This document shows, one piece after another, positions 23,983-36,770 of a stretch of 64,000 nucleotides of DNA. Origin of the DNA: Sphyrna mokarran (taxonomy: Eukaryota); contig JAGIQG010000003.1 of assembly GCA_024679065.1 (NCBI GenBank), positions 105,586,001 through 105,650,000 of the forward strand, read 5' to 3'. The notes under the pieces are model-generated. The model saw only the letters and a program-made list of their open reading frames with translations. It was not told where the DNA came from and made no database searches. The first letter of the stretch is position 1. Each line of letters opens with the position of its first letter. The position numbers and the translations under genes were made by a program.

Positions 23983-24911
23983 CAATGCAGCAACTATGGA
24001 TGAGAAAACACCAAGAAACAAAACTCCAGGGTGGAGGAGTGTGGTGGGTGGTAAAGAATATTAACAAACACATTTACGAGTCCTATTCATTCTAATTTCT
24101 CAGTCTACATTCATCAGACTCAGTTGAAATGTCTCCCATGTGTTGTTACATTCATTATATACAGTCCCTTTGTGTTGCACTAAAATGTTACAATTTCTGT
24201 TTAGCCAACTCTTACCCCATGAATGCAAAGTTTAATTGGATCAACTTACAATCAATCCATAGAACATTACAGCACAGAAACAGGTCTTTTAGCCTTTCTT
24301 GGCTGTGCCACACCATTTTTCTGACAAGTCCCACTGACCTGCACCTGGGCCGTATCCCTCCACAACCCTCTCATCCATATGCCTCTCAAAGTTTTTCTTA
24401 AATGTTGAAGGTGAGTCCACATTTATCACTTCATCTGGCAGCTCATTCCACACTCCCATCACTCTGTGTGAAGATTCCCCCCCCTCCAAATATTCCTTTT
24501 AAAAACTTTTCCCCCTTCACCCTTAAGCTATGTCTTCGAGTATTTTTCTTCCCAAGCCGCAGTGGAAAAAGCCTACTTGCATTCACTCTATCAATACCTA
24601 TCATAATTTTATATACCTATATCAAATCTCCCCTCATTCTTCTATGCTCCAGGGAATAAAGTCCTAACCTATTCAACCTTTCTCTGTAACTCAGTTTCTC
24701 AAGTCCCAGCAACATCCCTGCAAACCTTCTCTGCACTCTTTCAACCTTATTAATATCCTTCCTATAATTAGGTGACCAAAATTGCACACAATACTCTAAA
24801 GTTGGCCTCACTGATGTTTTATACAACCTCACTACAACATTCCAACTCTTATATTCAATACTTTGATAAAGGCCAATGATCCAAAATCACTCTTTACGAC
24901 CCTATCTACCT

Positions 24912-25142
24912 AACCTAATCACAACGACTAGATTTCCACCTTTAATTGTGTATGCGCAGATTCCAGAAGGAAAAGTTGATGGTGAATTTCTGTGTGATCA
25001 CATTCTGCTGGTGGGCAAAACTGAGCACATTGCTCTCATTGTCCCTGTGAGTGATGGGCCTCTATTAAGCCCATTCAACTGCTGCTAATGATCTTTTATA
25101 AAATACATTGAATACCATTGCCAAAATCAGTAGTTGCTGCAG
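24912..25142. repeat. Unclassified ~220-bp interspersed element, copy 2, inserted in CR1
   Basis: Interrupts CR1 sequence CCTATCTACCT|...|TGACGCCACT; homologous to 22898-23114. Confidence 0.85.
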
Positions 25143-25525
25143 TGACGCCACTGTTGTTAGGGAATTATGTATCTGTATTCCCAGATCCTTCTGTTCCACT
25201 AGTCTTCAGTTTCTTACATTTACCTTGTATGTTCTACCTTGGTTTATCCTTCCAAAGTGCAAAACCTCACACTTACCTGCATTAAACTCCATCTGCTATT
25301 TTTCAGCCCATTTTTCTAGCTGATCCAAATCCCTCTGCAAGCTTTGAAAACCTTCCTCACTGTCCACTACACCTCCAATCTTTATATCATCAGCAATTCA
25401 TCACATTATCATCCAGATCACTGATACAGATGACAAGCAACAATGAACCCAACACTGATCCCTGTAGCACACAACTAGTCTCAGAGAAGCAATTCGCCAC
25501 TACCACTCTCTGGCTTCTTCCATTG

Positions 25526-25720
25526 AACTCAGTAAGAATTTAGCAACACTGCACTTAGTTCTGGTCTCAGACCAGAACACTGCACTTGCCTGATGAAGAC
25601 ACGGGAGTGTTGAAAGCTCGCTATTTTACTATCAAATAAATCGGTTTGATTAATAATTGGTGTTGCTAAATTCTTACTGAGTTCTTACCACTCCAATCCA
25701 ACGCCGGCATCTTTACATCA
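25526..25720 (+). mobile_element. Short palindromic Penelope-derived insertion with target-site duplication
   Basis: Perfect 25-bp inverted repeat (25525-25549 / 25660-25684); TSD TTCTTCCATTG (25515-25525 / 25721-25731); tail TCCAACGCCGGCATCTTTACATCA related to the 10068 copy. Confidence 0.9.
25588..25621 (+). ncRNA. Minimal type I hammerhead ribozyme motif
   Basis: GC-CTGATGA-A-GACAC-GGGA-GTGTT-GAAA-GCTC-GC: intact core, 5-bp stem II with GNRA loop, palindromic AGCT in place of stem III. Confidence 0.7.
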
Positions 25721-27339
25721 TTCTTCCATTGAGCCAATGTCTAATTCCAATTTATTACCTCTCCATGTATACCTAGCGACTGAACCTTCCTAACTAACTT
25801 CCTATGCGGGACCTTGTCAAAGGCCTTACTGAAGTCCATGTAGACAACATCCACTGCCTTCCCTTCATCTATTTTCCTGGTAATTAAAACAATCCAGATA
25901 GCCAAAAACACAAGTTATTAATAGAGATTCTGCAAAAGAGGAAAAATCATGTCTTCAAAAGTGCAATGGAGCAATAAACTGGAGAAAAGCAGGACAAACT
26001 GAAAGTGAAATTAAACTTTGATGAGTGCACAAATCTTGTGGATCAGCCACCCATTATACACTCTTGCCTGCTCATTTCCCCACCCCAATATTCTTCCTAG
26101 TGTCTTTGCTGTCTTAAGATAACAGATGCACGTTTTAAAGAGTGCAAAAAGGTGGCAGGGAAGAGTGAGAGAATGGGAATGTTACATTTCAGGTTTTACA
26201 ATAGGTGGCAGTGTGTTTTTGAGAATGGAAGAAACGGACCAGGAGATTCAGTAGACATATAGTGTCAACATATCAGGAACAGAGGAAGAGCAGTTTTCTG
26301 AAAGAAAACTTTGAACTTGGCAACTTAACCAAATGGCTGGAAGAACAATGTGGAGAACACAGAGTGGAGAGAAGGAAATTAAAAGTATGTTCAGATAGGA
26401 GCCACAACCTTGGCTGTAAGTATATTAATTTAAGATTGAAAAGCTCAATTATCCATAATTCAGACCCAATTCTCCACCCCCTCCTCTATGAATGAAGCCC
26501 ACACCACCATCACTAACACTACAAATGTTAGCAAACCCAGTCTCAGGAAAACACAAATACTCCACAGCATTAAATGGTTGTTAGTTAAAATATTTTAATT
26601 AACTTTAAGAAAAGACAGGCCATACATCTGTACATATGGCACTTGCCATGTAGTACACAGATGGACAAAGCTATGACAGATGTAAAATGGAAAATGCCTA
26701 TCACAATTGCACCACCAAGTGTAAGATTCTACAAATACCTGAATGGGTTCCAATAAGGTCAAACTTTACATGATTTTTTGGGAAAAAAAAACAAATATTC
26801 ATCCCACATATCAAATTTAATATATACTCAGATATGTATTTTTATCTGAGGATTATATTACTAGGTGGATTTATCACATTGCTACCAACGAGTGTTAGGA
26901 TTGTATCACAGCATGGCACAAAGAAAGAAAATCTAATAAATACTTTTAATTTGAAGCACTGCTTAATAATAAACATCTTCTATTGGAAACAAGATCATAA
27001 AAGCAGTTGACCTAAAATCTCTATGTGAAGCACATATACTTGGTTCAATGCTTGCACAGTGATGCAGACTGATGAAGATTACTATCCATGAAGCTGTCAC
27101 TTACATCAATGCAATTGTGACATTTAACTGACATTTTAGAAATCATAAAATATAGTTAAAAGTCAAAAATTGCATTCTAACTGTTGATTGTGGCTAGTTA
27201 AGGAATGATTTCTGAGACATAGATTTGTCAGAAGAATAAGTTCTGTTTATTGGATAAACATAACTATCCTGATATACTTGACTAAGTGTTACTTAGTCCA
27301 AGCCATAAGCATTCTCCCTCTCAACTCTTGATTACGTGT

Positions 27340-27830
27340 CTAAACATAAAAAATAGAAGCAGGAACAGGCCTTTGATTCTTCTCTGACATTCATTTTGAT
27401 CATGGCTGATCATTAAATTCAATATCCTGAAACCATCTTTCCCTCCCATGTCCCTTGATCCACTTAGTCCAAAGAGCTATATGTAATTTCTTCTTGAAAT
27501 CACACAACATTTTGACCTTAATTACATTTTGTGGTAGTGAATTCCACACATTTACCACTCTCTGGGTGAAGAAATTTCTCCTCACCTCAGTCCTAAAAGT
27601 TCATCCCCTCACCCTCAAACAATGACCCCTAGCTCTGGCTCCTCCACCATTGGGAGCGTTCTTTCTGAATCCACCTCCTCACAGCTCACCCTCCCACCTA
27701 ACTATGTATCGTTGGCAAATTTGGAGATAAATTTAGTTCTGTCTTCCAAATCATTAATGTATAATGTGAACAGTCAGAGTCCTGGAACAGATCCCTGAGG
27801 TACCCCACTCGTCACTGCCTGCCAATCATG
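27340..27830 (-). mobile_element. CR1 fragment
   Basis: ORF 27400-27585 RRNFFTQRVVNVWNSLP; GVPQGSV motif at ~27790-27810. Confidence 0.85.
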
Positions 27831-28544
27831 TCTCTTACATTACCACGAGGGCAGTCCTCTTTCCACAGTCCTACAGATTAACTGTTCCTCAATCATTGCT
27901 AGGTTCTCTGATTCCATCGCTGCATTCAGATTTTTCCCTTATCCCACTATGTGTTATGGTGCAGATCTTACCGAGTTGAACAGTTGATCTTCTGTCTATA
28001 CCTATCTCCACTTTTTCCATGAAGCAGCTTTTGAAGTTCTTCAACCATTTTCAGGTTCCACTGCAAGCCCCCAAACTCTACCTTGCGTCTGGCTCCTGGC
28101 TCTCCTTTGCTGAATGCAGTTCCAGCAGTGGTCGCTCAATTCCAGTCGTGCTGCTCAGGCCAGAGAGCCCCTGGCCAATCATGTGATCAGCAGCTCTCAA
28201 ACATGAGCCTTCCTGGCCAGATAGGGATGGAGACCCTACTTCCAGCTAATCACATTCATCAGGAGGAAGAGTTCCTCATTTTCTCAACAAGAAATCCCAC
28301 AACAGCAGCCCTTGGATACCAGTACCACTCTTCGCCCTTCACAAATCTCATCTATTGACATGTCTTCACTACCCGCTCTGACCATCTCCTTTCTGACCTG
28401 AAACAACTGCCCCTTAGCAATGGCCTCAGTTTCATCCATGTACACAACCCACTCAATAAGCAAGGCACATGTTGAACTCTTCCTCTGTTGCCTTCCCCTA
28501 TACAGTCTGCACCACTGTGCCCACTTCTTTAAGTAGAAAACTTA

Positions 28545-29066
28545 TTGAAGGGGTTAAAAATCATTGAATACAGCCGAGTTTCCCTGTGAATTAAATACAG
28601 CACAATTCCCCAGGAAGCATTGAAATACAGTTTCCACATTTGCAGATTGGCAGTACAAACAAGCTGACCAAAGGTGAGAACTCTGATAACCACAAGCTGT
28701 AACAACTGATGTGGATGTTTGGATGGTGTAGCCTTCTAAGTGCACCTCTTTAGTAATTAATCATTATAGTTAGACAAGCAAACAGAGGCTGTGTTAATTA
28801 TATTCACCTGACATAACTCAAGTAATCAAAACTATTAGTTGTGATTGGATACCAATGATTTCAGAACCTGTGATTGGTATTATTTTGTAAGATAATTGTT
28901 CATGCTATGTAACACTCAACATGTCTGTACACCACCTTCTGGAAGGCAAACTTCCCACTACAGCTTAAATAAAAGACCGATTTAAAACTCTGAAAGCTTT
29001 GTCTAGTCTATTGAGTGTGTAACGTACGTGGTTGCCAGATAGTAGGAAAATTCCAGTCCACTTGCA
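28545..29066 (+). mobile_element. Possible solo LTR inserted in the Penelope remnant
   Basis: About 520 bp of unrelated sequence between Penelope segments; TG...CA-like ends, two GTGATTGG (CCAAT) boxes, AATAAA at 28968. No TSD found. Confidence 0.35.
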
Positions 29067-29494
29067 TCCCCCCCATCATCAGAAATTTTATTTCACCTGG
29101 ATCTACTCCTTTGGGTCTCTTCGTGACTCCAGATTTTGTGATTGAGAACTGCCAGTGTAACATTGGCAGTTTTAATTTTTCTATCTGCTCATTCACTTTA
29201 ATCTATTTCTCCCTGAACTTGCTGCTCTCCATTCCCTTAAATCGAACCCTAACATTGTCATTAAACTAAGTGACAAGGGACTCTGTTGGTGAATGAACCT
29301 TCATTTTGCAGAGGCCAAATGCCAACTATCTAATACCTCCTCCCACCACCTTCAGACCATGACCCTATATGGAATACCAGTTATCGTTTTCACCTCATCT
29401 TCTTTGAAGATCTTCCTTCCATGGTCTTTAACATCAGTTTCCAAATCCTACAAAGCCAAGATCCTGCCCAAGAATTACAAACACGACTACTACT

Positions 29495-30815
29495 CCTTGG
29501 AAGAGGGAGTAGGTGGTGTGATCAACAAGTTTGCTGATGCCACAAAGATGGCTGGGCTTGCAGATAATGAGGAGCAGTGACGGGCGATACAGCAGGACAT
29601 AGATTGGCTGGTAGATTGGTCAGATAGATGGCAGATGGAATTTAATCCTGATAAATGCGAAATGGTGCATTTCGGGAGAAAGCATGTAGGGGGAAGTTAT
29701 ATGATAAAGGGTAGACCTATTAAGAGTACAGAAACACAGAGAGACCTGGCGGTGCAGGTGCACAAGTCTTTGAAGGTGGTAGAATAGATGGAGAATGTTG
29801 TGAAGAAAGCTTATGGTATACTAATCTTTATAGGAAGGGGTATAGAGCACAAGAGCTGGCCTTTAATGTTGCAGTTGTATAAAATGTTGGTTAGACTTCA
29901 TTTGGAATACTGCATCCAGTTCTGATCGCCTTACTACTGGAAGGACGTGGAGACCCTGGAGACAGTGCAGAGGAGGTTTACCAGGATGCTGCCTGGTATG
30001 GAAGGATTGGGTTACGAGGAAAGGTTAGGTAAATTGGGGCTGTTTTCTTTAGAAAGACGGAGATTGAGAGGAGATCTAATAGAGGTGTACAAGATTATGA
30101 AGGGTAAACAGTGGTACATTTTTTCCCAGGTTGGAATCAAATATCGCGAGGGGTCACGGGCTTAGGGTGAGGGGGGCAAGGTATAATTTGGATGTTAGAA
30201 GAAGGTTTTTCACACAGAGGATTGTGGGGGTATGGAATGCACTGCCAATTAAGATGGTGGAGGCAGGCACGCTGGAGTTATTTAACAGATACTTAGATAA
30301 GCATCGTGGGATCATGAGCCTTGGGACGTTCTTGGGAATTGCATAAGTTGTGCATGTTGTTGACGTATTTCTCTTTTATCCTGCAGGTACTTCAGTCCAC
30401 CTTGTTGTCCAAATTGGGGCATATACGTGATAGGTCTTAGTTTTTTTCGAGAGTAGCTTCATATCGTTAGTGTATGCTTAAACTGGACCAATTAATGGGC
30501 AACATGACAGCTCAGTGACTATCAATGTTGTTGAGCAGATTTGGACCGGTATCTGTGGGAGTTTGCGCATTCTCCCCGTGCTTGCATGGGTTTTCTCAGG
30601 GTGCTCCAGTTTCCTCCCACACTCCAAAGGTGTGCTCTTAGGCTGATTGGTGAAACAAATTGTCCCTAAATTGTCTCCCCAAACTGGCTTCAATGCAGGT
30701 TTCCGTAAACATAGACAAGGGTCTATGGAAGTGGAAGTGGGAATGTTAAAATGGCGGCACGGGCTTGTTGAGTCGAAGGGCCTGTTTCCCGTGCTGTTTT
30801 GTTCTTTGTTCTTTG
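29495..30815 (+). mobile_element. CR1 LINE with extended 3' UTR containing a V-SINE core (copy 1)
   Basis: INKFADATK, RRFTRMLPGMEG, FFTQRIVGVWNALP; UTR 30315-30815 matches 62093-62632; tail (GTTCTTT)n. Confidence 0.85.
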
Positions 30816-32189
30816 CATTCATTTGACCTAAATCTTCCTATCCGACTTGTCACTCCCATGGGTGGGATGGAGAATTTGACAAATGAGCAAAAAGTCTGCT
30901 GAATTAGGTGGGAATTTCTGGAGTAGGTGGGACTATAAAATCTCACCCACAGTTTCAGCTAGATCTTGACCTCATACTTCTTCCTTTCTCAACTCTACTT
31001 TCCTCTCCTTGTACAATCTTTCCATTTACAGCTCTTACAACTTTAAAAATTTCTGGTTTTCTGACCTTAACCATGTATATCAAATCACACTATCCCTCCA
31101 ACCTCTATCAGGATGGAGTAATGTCCTACTTGACTCAGCTACACTCCATCTCTCCAGAGACTGCTAAGGGTCTAGAGCTGGCAGCATGCAGAGCCTGCCT
31201 GATATCCTGAATAGTTTGGAAACGAGGAGGGGATGGAGGCAAACAGCTGATGGTCTTCCCTGTTGTGAATTGGGGAAAAAATTTTGGTCATTGAGAATGC
31301 TTCTCATCTATTTTTTTCCAGTTCCCAACAATATGCAGTCCAACCGATAGTGAGGTACGGCAGAGAAACATCCAGATCATACAATTAAATTACTAAATGG
31401 GAATGTGTCCCTGTCACAGCAACAATAGAGGGCTTTCATTATCTAAAATTGAATCCTGAAAAATGGTCCCTTGCAATTTAAAGTTGCCAGTGAGAGGGAG
31501 ATCTCTTAAACTGCTCATTACCAAGGATTTGCTCTATCGTTCAATACTTAATATCCAGCCTTTTATGTTTCCTAATAACCAAAAGACATCAAAAAATGGA
31601 AATGAATTATTAAAGAAAAGGCGAGGATGTAAGTGGATATCTTCACTAATTAATCTGCATTGACTAATATCTTATCAAAATAAAGCTGACAGTCCAACTA
31701 TTACTTTCTTTGATCACTTTAAGTAATTTATGAGTAATGAAAGTTCAAATATTTTTGAGGTAAACTCCAGTAAAATGGTAATCTTTTGCAAACAGGATTT
31801 TGTTTTAGCAATAACATTAAATTTTGAGGGCATACAATTATCATCAACTTCCAGAAGCTCATTATCACTCATCAGGATATTGGGGCAGGTATGGTTGGGA
31901 CCTGAGAAGTTCTGTCTTGAGAACCTCTGTTCTGACAGATAGTCTTGGGTCTGGCAGGATCATGGGTCAAGATAAGTGACTTAGGTTTAACTATGGCAAA
32001 CTACACTATTAGACCAACCAGTTTGTATAAGTCATTGTTTAGTTAGCATCAGGTTTTTGTACACACGCAAACTTCATTTCAACCCAAGAGAAGCACAATC
32101 CTCCTAAGTAGGTGGGCAGACATATGACAGAACAGTTTCAATACAACAGCAGTAAAATGTTCAAAAATATATCAGCTCACCTATAGTCA

Positions 32190-32840
32190 ATCTATAGGTC
32201 TACAGCGCTGTCGTACTCACTACCCTCCTGTATGCCTGTGAAACATGGACTGTGTATTGAAGGCATGCAAGACAGCTCGGTCATTTCCACATGACTTGTT
32301 TTCACAGAATATTACGCATCAGATGGCAAGACAAAGTACCAGACACTGAAGTTTTCTCTAGAGCAAGTTTACCATCAGTCCACACACTGCTGATGGGAGC
32401 GCAGACCTGGTGGGCAGGTCATATCATCTGTATAACCAAGCAGCTCCTTTTTGAGGAACTCTCTGCTGGAAGATGCTTGCATGGAGGACAGAAGAAATAT
32501 TTCAAAGGCACACTCAAGGCCTTCCTGAAGTCACCTGACATTGACACGACCACTTGGGAAATGCTGACACAAAACCACTCTAACTGGCATTGCCTCATCC
32601 ACAAAGGCTGTCAAGCTGACAAAGCAAGGTGTATTGCTGAATTACAACTCAAGCGCAAGCTGCGCAAGTCCAGAGCCACCAGCGCAAGAACTACAGTGTT
32701 TACACAAGTCTATCCAATATGTGCCAGGACATTCCATGCCCGAATTAGCCTGATCAGTCATCTTCAGACACACCTCAACCAGCCTCAGAATGACTAATGG
32801 TGTTGAGGTCCTCATCGATGATGATCGACGACCAACATAG
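32190..32840 (+). mobile_element. RTE (BovB-like) LINE 3' fragment
   Basis: VYSAVVLTTLLYACETWTVY; ORF 32291-32797 ILRIRWQDKVPDTEV...GGQKKYFK..LK...ICARTFHARISLISHLQTH. Confidence 0.9.
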
Positions 32841-33249
32841 TCTGCCACTCAAGCAGCGACAAATCATCAACCCAGCTTCAATAACAGCTCACACTGATCA
32901 GCAGCTAAGGATTATTGATCTCAGTCTGTTTGATATTCCATCCTAATTTGCAGCCTGCAAAGCAAGCTCAGAATTTAATTTGCCCAATCTCCTCTAAATA
33001 AGCTGAGGTTTTGTTCACTTCTATTATTTCTATTTTCTTTCTGTCAACGTGGTTTTGTCCATTTTATTGGCACCATGCTAATTCGGAGCAGAGATCCCAT
33101 TATGATGATAACAGCTTTCAGTTTCAAGAAGAAATGGCCCTTAAGAAGAAAGGAGCATTCATTCCTTTGATAATGTTCTAAGAAATGGTAAAGATAGTGC
33201 TTGGGTCCAACGAGTGACCTGAAATACCCTCATCATTCCAACCTATCTG

Positions 33250-33512
33250 GTGATCAAGTGGAGTTTTACAAATCCTGGACTGGTATATATGAATGTGGGA
33301 GAGGATCAAGTAAAGCGGGTGGCTAGCCCAGCACCTTCCTGCCCACTCCTGACCCACCTTCCATATTATGGTGAGTGGGTAAAATGTCAGCCAGCCAGCA
33401 TGCCAATTAAAGGCCACTTAAAGGGCCAATCCATCTTAAAAAGTCAGCAAGCTTCCAACAGTCTTTCTTACTAGGAGAATGAGTATTAAGCCCCCCGTAA
33501 AATTCACCCCAT
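33250..33512. mobile_element. Probable Harbinger-type MITE
   Basis: Ends GTGGAGTTTTAC / GTAAAATTCACCCC. Confidence 0.45.
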
Positions 33513-35134
33513 GAATGAAGCATCCATGTTTGTAGATTTACACTGTGGGGCAAATGTGACTAGCTTGATTGGCAAGGAGAAAGAAGCTTGTAGAGTGGGG
33601 AAGCATGGAAGCCAGTTCCCTGCATGGTATTATGTGTGTGTTACATCACCAATTGGTTCCCTGTCTTAACGCCAGATTGACAGATAGGCTAGGCTTCCAG
33701 TCACAATGGTGCAAAGATGCAGTGAGTGGGGTTGTCCAGTTCAGGGAATCCAATCCCAGGTGTCGAAGTGGATTTGATTCTGGAGTGATGGGATCAGAGG
33801 TTAAACTGGGGGGAGTCACGGGGTGATGGTGGGGGAGCTGGTCAGGCAGTTAAGTGGAGAGGCAATTACTTACTGAAATAATTGTCCCTTGTTTTGGCTC
33901 AGCTGACAGGTTTCACCAGGACTGTCAGCCAAGGCTACATTTCAGATGGTGAATTAAAAGAAGACATGCAGCCTCACTATAATATTTAAAATACCAAACT
34001 ACTTCCTTGGAGCAATTTGGTCATCTGTCCTCCCACCTTACTTACTTCCATAGATATCCTTCCTGTCTCTGTTCAAGGCAAAGTTGACAAGTTGGGTCGG
34101 GATTCAAATTTATAATACAGAAACTGCACCCTCGCCCTCCCAATAAAACCCATCATTTTGGAGGTTAAAATTCCACTGCCCCTCCTCCCATTTAAAATGC
34201 AGCAATGTATAGAAGCCACTAGTGAAAATGTAAGCACTTACTGATTACTTAAGTTAACAGAACAAGTCGTGGCTTAACTTTCATGAGTGCTAAGTTCCAG
34301 TATTTCTTGTCCATCCTAGACAATGTGTTCTACAGAATAAGCAAGTTAACTTCTAATCAATCAAGAATCAAGTGCTGAAGAAAGGTCAGCAATCTGAAAT
34401 ATTGGGCATAAAATGCAATGACGTCTTTTTTGGAGTATAGGGTGATGCTTTGAAATTACTCCGCGTTCCAGCCTGTTGAAACAGACAGCATATAAATTTC
34501 ATGCATCCTCCTCATTCTAATGATTTCAATATTCAACCATATGTCGTATGAGCTACTGACTGGCTGCAAGCTCAACAGGAAATGCAGCAGCAAACCTGGC
34601 TAGCGCATGTTTCAGCTCACCTGCAATCTTCAAGGCACCTCTTAAAAGATAGGTCACACATTCTGCAGAAGATGCTGCTGACTGGCTATGCAGAGTTTGG
34701 CTGCAAGGAGAAGCACAGGAAATAAGGCAACAGACTCTCAATTTTTTAACTCAATAATGAAGAGGATGGAAAGGAGGAGAGCAGCAATGTTGCTGCAGGG
34801 AACCAGAAATCTCTCAAAGCGTACCCAGGAAAGTATGGGAGCAAGTGTATATCACACAAACAGATCGCAACACAGTTGCTGACTTTCTTCCTTCTTTCTT
34901 ACAAGACAATGTTGCCCAGAACAGGAGGGGATGAAAATAATCTAGAAGAGGACAGGCACATCTGCATCACCAGAGTACACTGGAGGAAGGGGGTTCCAAT
35001 TTTTTGACCTAGTGACAATGAAAGAAAGGCAGCAATCGGTTCCATGTCAGGATAGTGAGTGGACTGGAGTAGATCTTGGTACTGCTGTTGAATAACGAAA
35101 GAATTTAGATAGATTCTCGCCTCTTCAAGAGCGC

Positions 35135-36030
35135 TAAGATGAGTGGTAGAGCAAAGTGTGCAAAGGGCATTGAAATTCTGCAGAGGGATATAGATAATTT
35201 AAGTGAGTGGACATGAGTCTGATAGATGGAGTACAATGTTGGTAAATGTGAGATCATCCATTTTGGTAGGAATAACAGCAAAATGCGTTATTATTTAAAT
35301 GGTAAAAGATTGCAAGCATGCTGCTGTGCAAAGGGACCTGGGTGTCCTTGTGCCTGAATTGCAAAAAGTTGATTTGCAGATGCAGCAACTAATTAAGAAA
35401 GCAAATTGAATTGTGTCCTTCATTGCTAGAAGGATGGAGTTTAAAAACAGGGAGGTTAAGTTGCAACTATATAAGGTGCTGGTGAGGCCACACCTGGAAT
35501 ACTGTGTACAGTTTTGGTCTCCTTACTTGATAAAGGATAGATTGGCATTGGAGTGGGTATAGAGGAGATGCATTAGGTCAATTCTGGAGTTGGCTTATGA
35601 GGACAGAGTGACTAGACTGGGACGAGATTCATTGCAATTTAGAAGAATGAGAGGAAATGTTATAGAAACATATAAAATTATGAAAGGAATAGATAAAATA
35701 GAAGCAGAGATTGTTTCTACTGGCAGGCAAAACTAGATCTAAGGGGCATAGCCTCAAAATAAGGGAGAGCAGATTTAGGACTGAGCTAAGAGGAACTTCT
35801 TCACCCAAAATCTGTGAAATTCCCTGCCTAATAAGGAGTTGAGGCTACCTTATTGAATATTTTTAAGGTAAAGACACATTTTTGAACAGTAGGTGAATAA
35901 AGGACTATGGTGAGCAGATGGGTAAGTGGAGCCGAATCCACAAAGACATCAACCATGATCTTATTGAATGGCAGAGCAGGCTCAAGGGGGCCAGATGGCC
36001 TACTCCTGCTCCTAGTTCTTATGTTGTTAT
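35135..36030 (+). mobile_element. CR1 3' fragment
   Basis: [15 protein letters not shown] at ~35480-35525; 3' motif GGCCAGATGGCCTACTCCTGCTCCTAGTTCTTATG. Confidence 0.9.
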
Positions 36031-36074
36031 TTTTGTTACCATGGACAATACCAGATGGTTTGTCCAGTTTTTAT

Positions 36075-36330
36075 TCCTTATTTAACTGTGGCTGTTGGTC
36101 AGTCCAGAGGGCAGTTAGGAGTCAGTCATGTCACTGGGGGAAGCTGTAGGCCAGACTGGGTCACAACAACAGATTTCTTTCTCTGAAGGACTTAATGAAC
36201 CAGATGTTTTTTGTGACAATCTAGTAGTTTATTAATGACTTGATTATTATTCCAGATTTACTAATTGATTAAATTTAAATCTCCCCCTCTTGCTGTCTTG
36301 GGATTCCAAACATACCCAGAGAACAGCTAC
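36075..36330 (-). mobile_element. DeuSINE-like SINE fragment
   Basis: Minus strand AAAACATCTGGTTCATTAAGTCCTTCAGAGAAAGAAATCTG matches the central domain of 54219-54609. Confidence 0.65.
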
Positions 36331-36570
36331 TGCCAACGTAAACAACGAAAATCTGCTCTTAAAGCAAATCACCTCAAATTGGACATAGATTGTGATTAAC
36401 CAGCAACTGTGATTATCAGGAATCCCAATGCACTTGCAACATATGAAATAATTTTTACAACAAGCACCTTAATGGTCTGGGATGTGCAGCAATGTCTTTC
36501 TCATTAAATAATGACTCCAGATTAAAGCTCAATAAAGCATAGTATATTCAAAATTACTTCTATCTGCTCT

Positions 36571-36770
36571 GCTACAACAAAAACAGAAAATGCTGAAAAA
36601 TCTCAGCAGATCTGACAGCATCTGTGGAGAGAGAACAAGATTCTGACGAAGGGTCATCCAGACTCTCAACATTGGCTCTGTTCTCTCTACACAGATGCTG
36701 TCAGACCTGCTGAGATTTTCCAGCATTTTTATTTTTGTTTCAGATTCCAGCATCCACAGTAATTTGCCTT
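36571..36770 (+). mobile_element. Short palindromic Penelope-derived insertion (second family) with partial hammerhead core
   Basis: About 55-bp inverted arms around CTGACGA-A-GGGTC-ATCCA-GACTC-TCAAC; degenerate flanking repeat TATCTGCTCT / TATCAGATCT. Confidence 0.8.

Larger units (their letters stand above)
24256..25885 (-). mobile_element. CR1 LINE fragment with two internal insertions
   Basis: ORF 24617-24832 [19 protein letters not shown]...RRMRGDLI; MDFSKAFDKVP region at ~25800-25850. Confidence 0.9.
27840..31130 (+). mobile_element. Penelope-like element RT region, split by later insertions
   Basis: Decayed LS.GLSFI (~28415-28440), NPNIVIK.SDKG (~29245-29280), LPK.. (~29463) and TM.IKS.YPS..YQDG (~31070-31116) motifs occur in Penelope RT order. 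Confidence 0.65.

Noticed and set aside
34550-34725. Open plus-strand frame ATDWLQAQQEMQQQTWLAH...
   Set aside because: No start codon, splice sites or recognisable domain.
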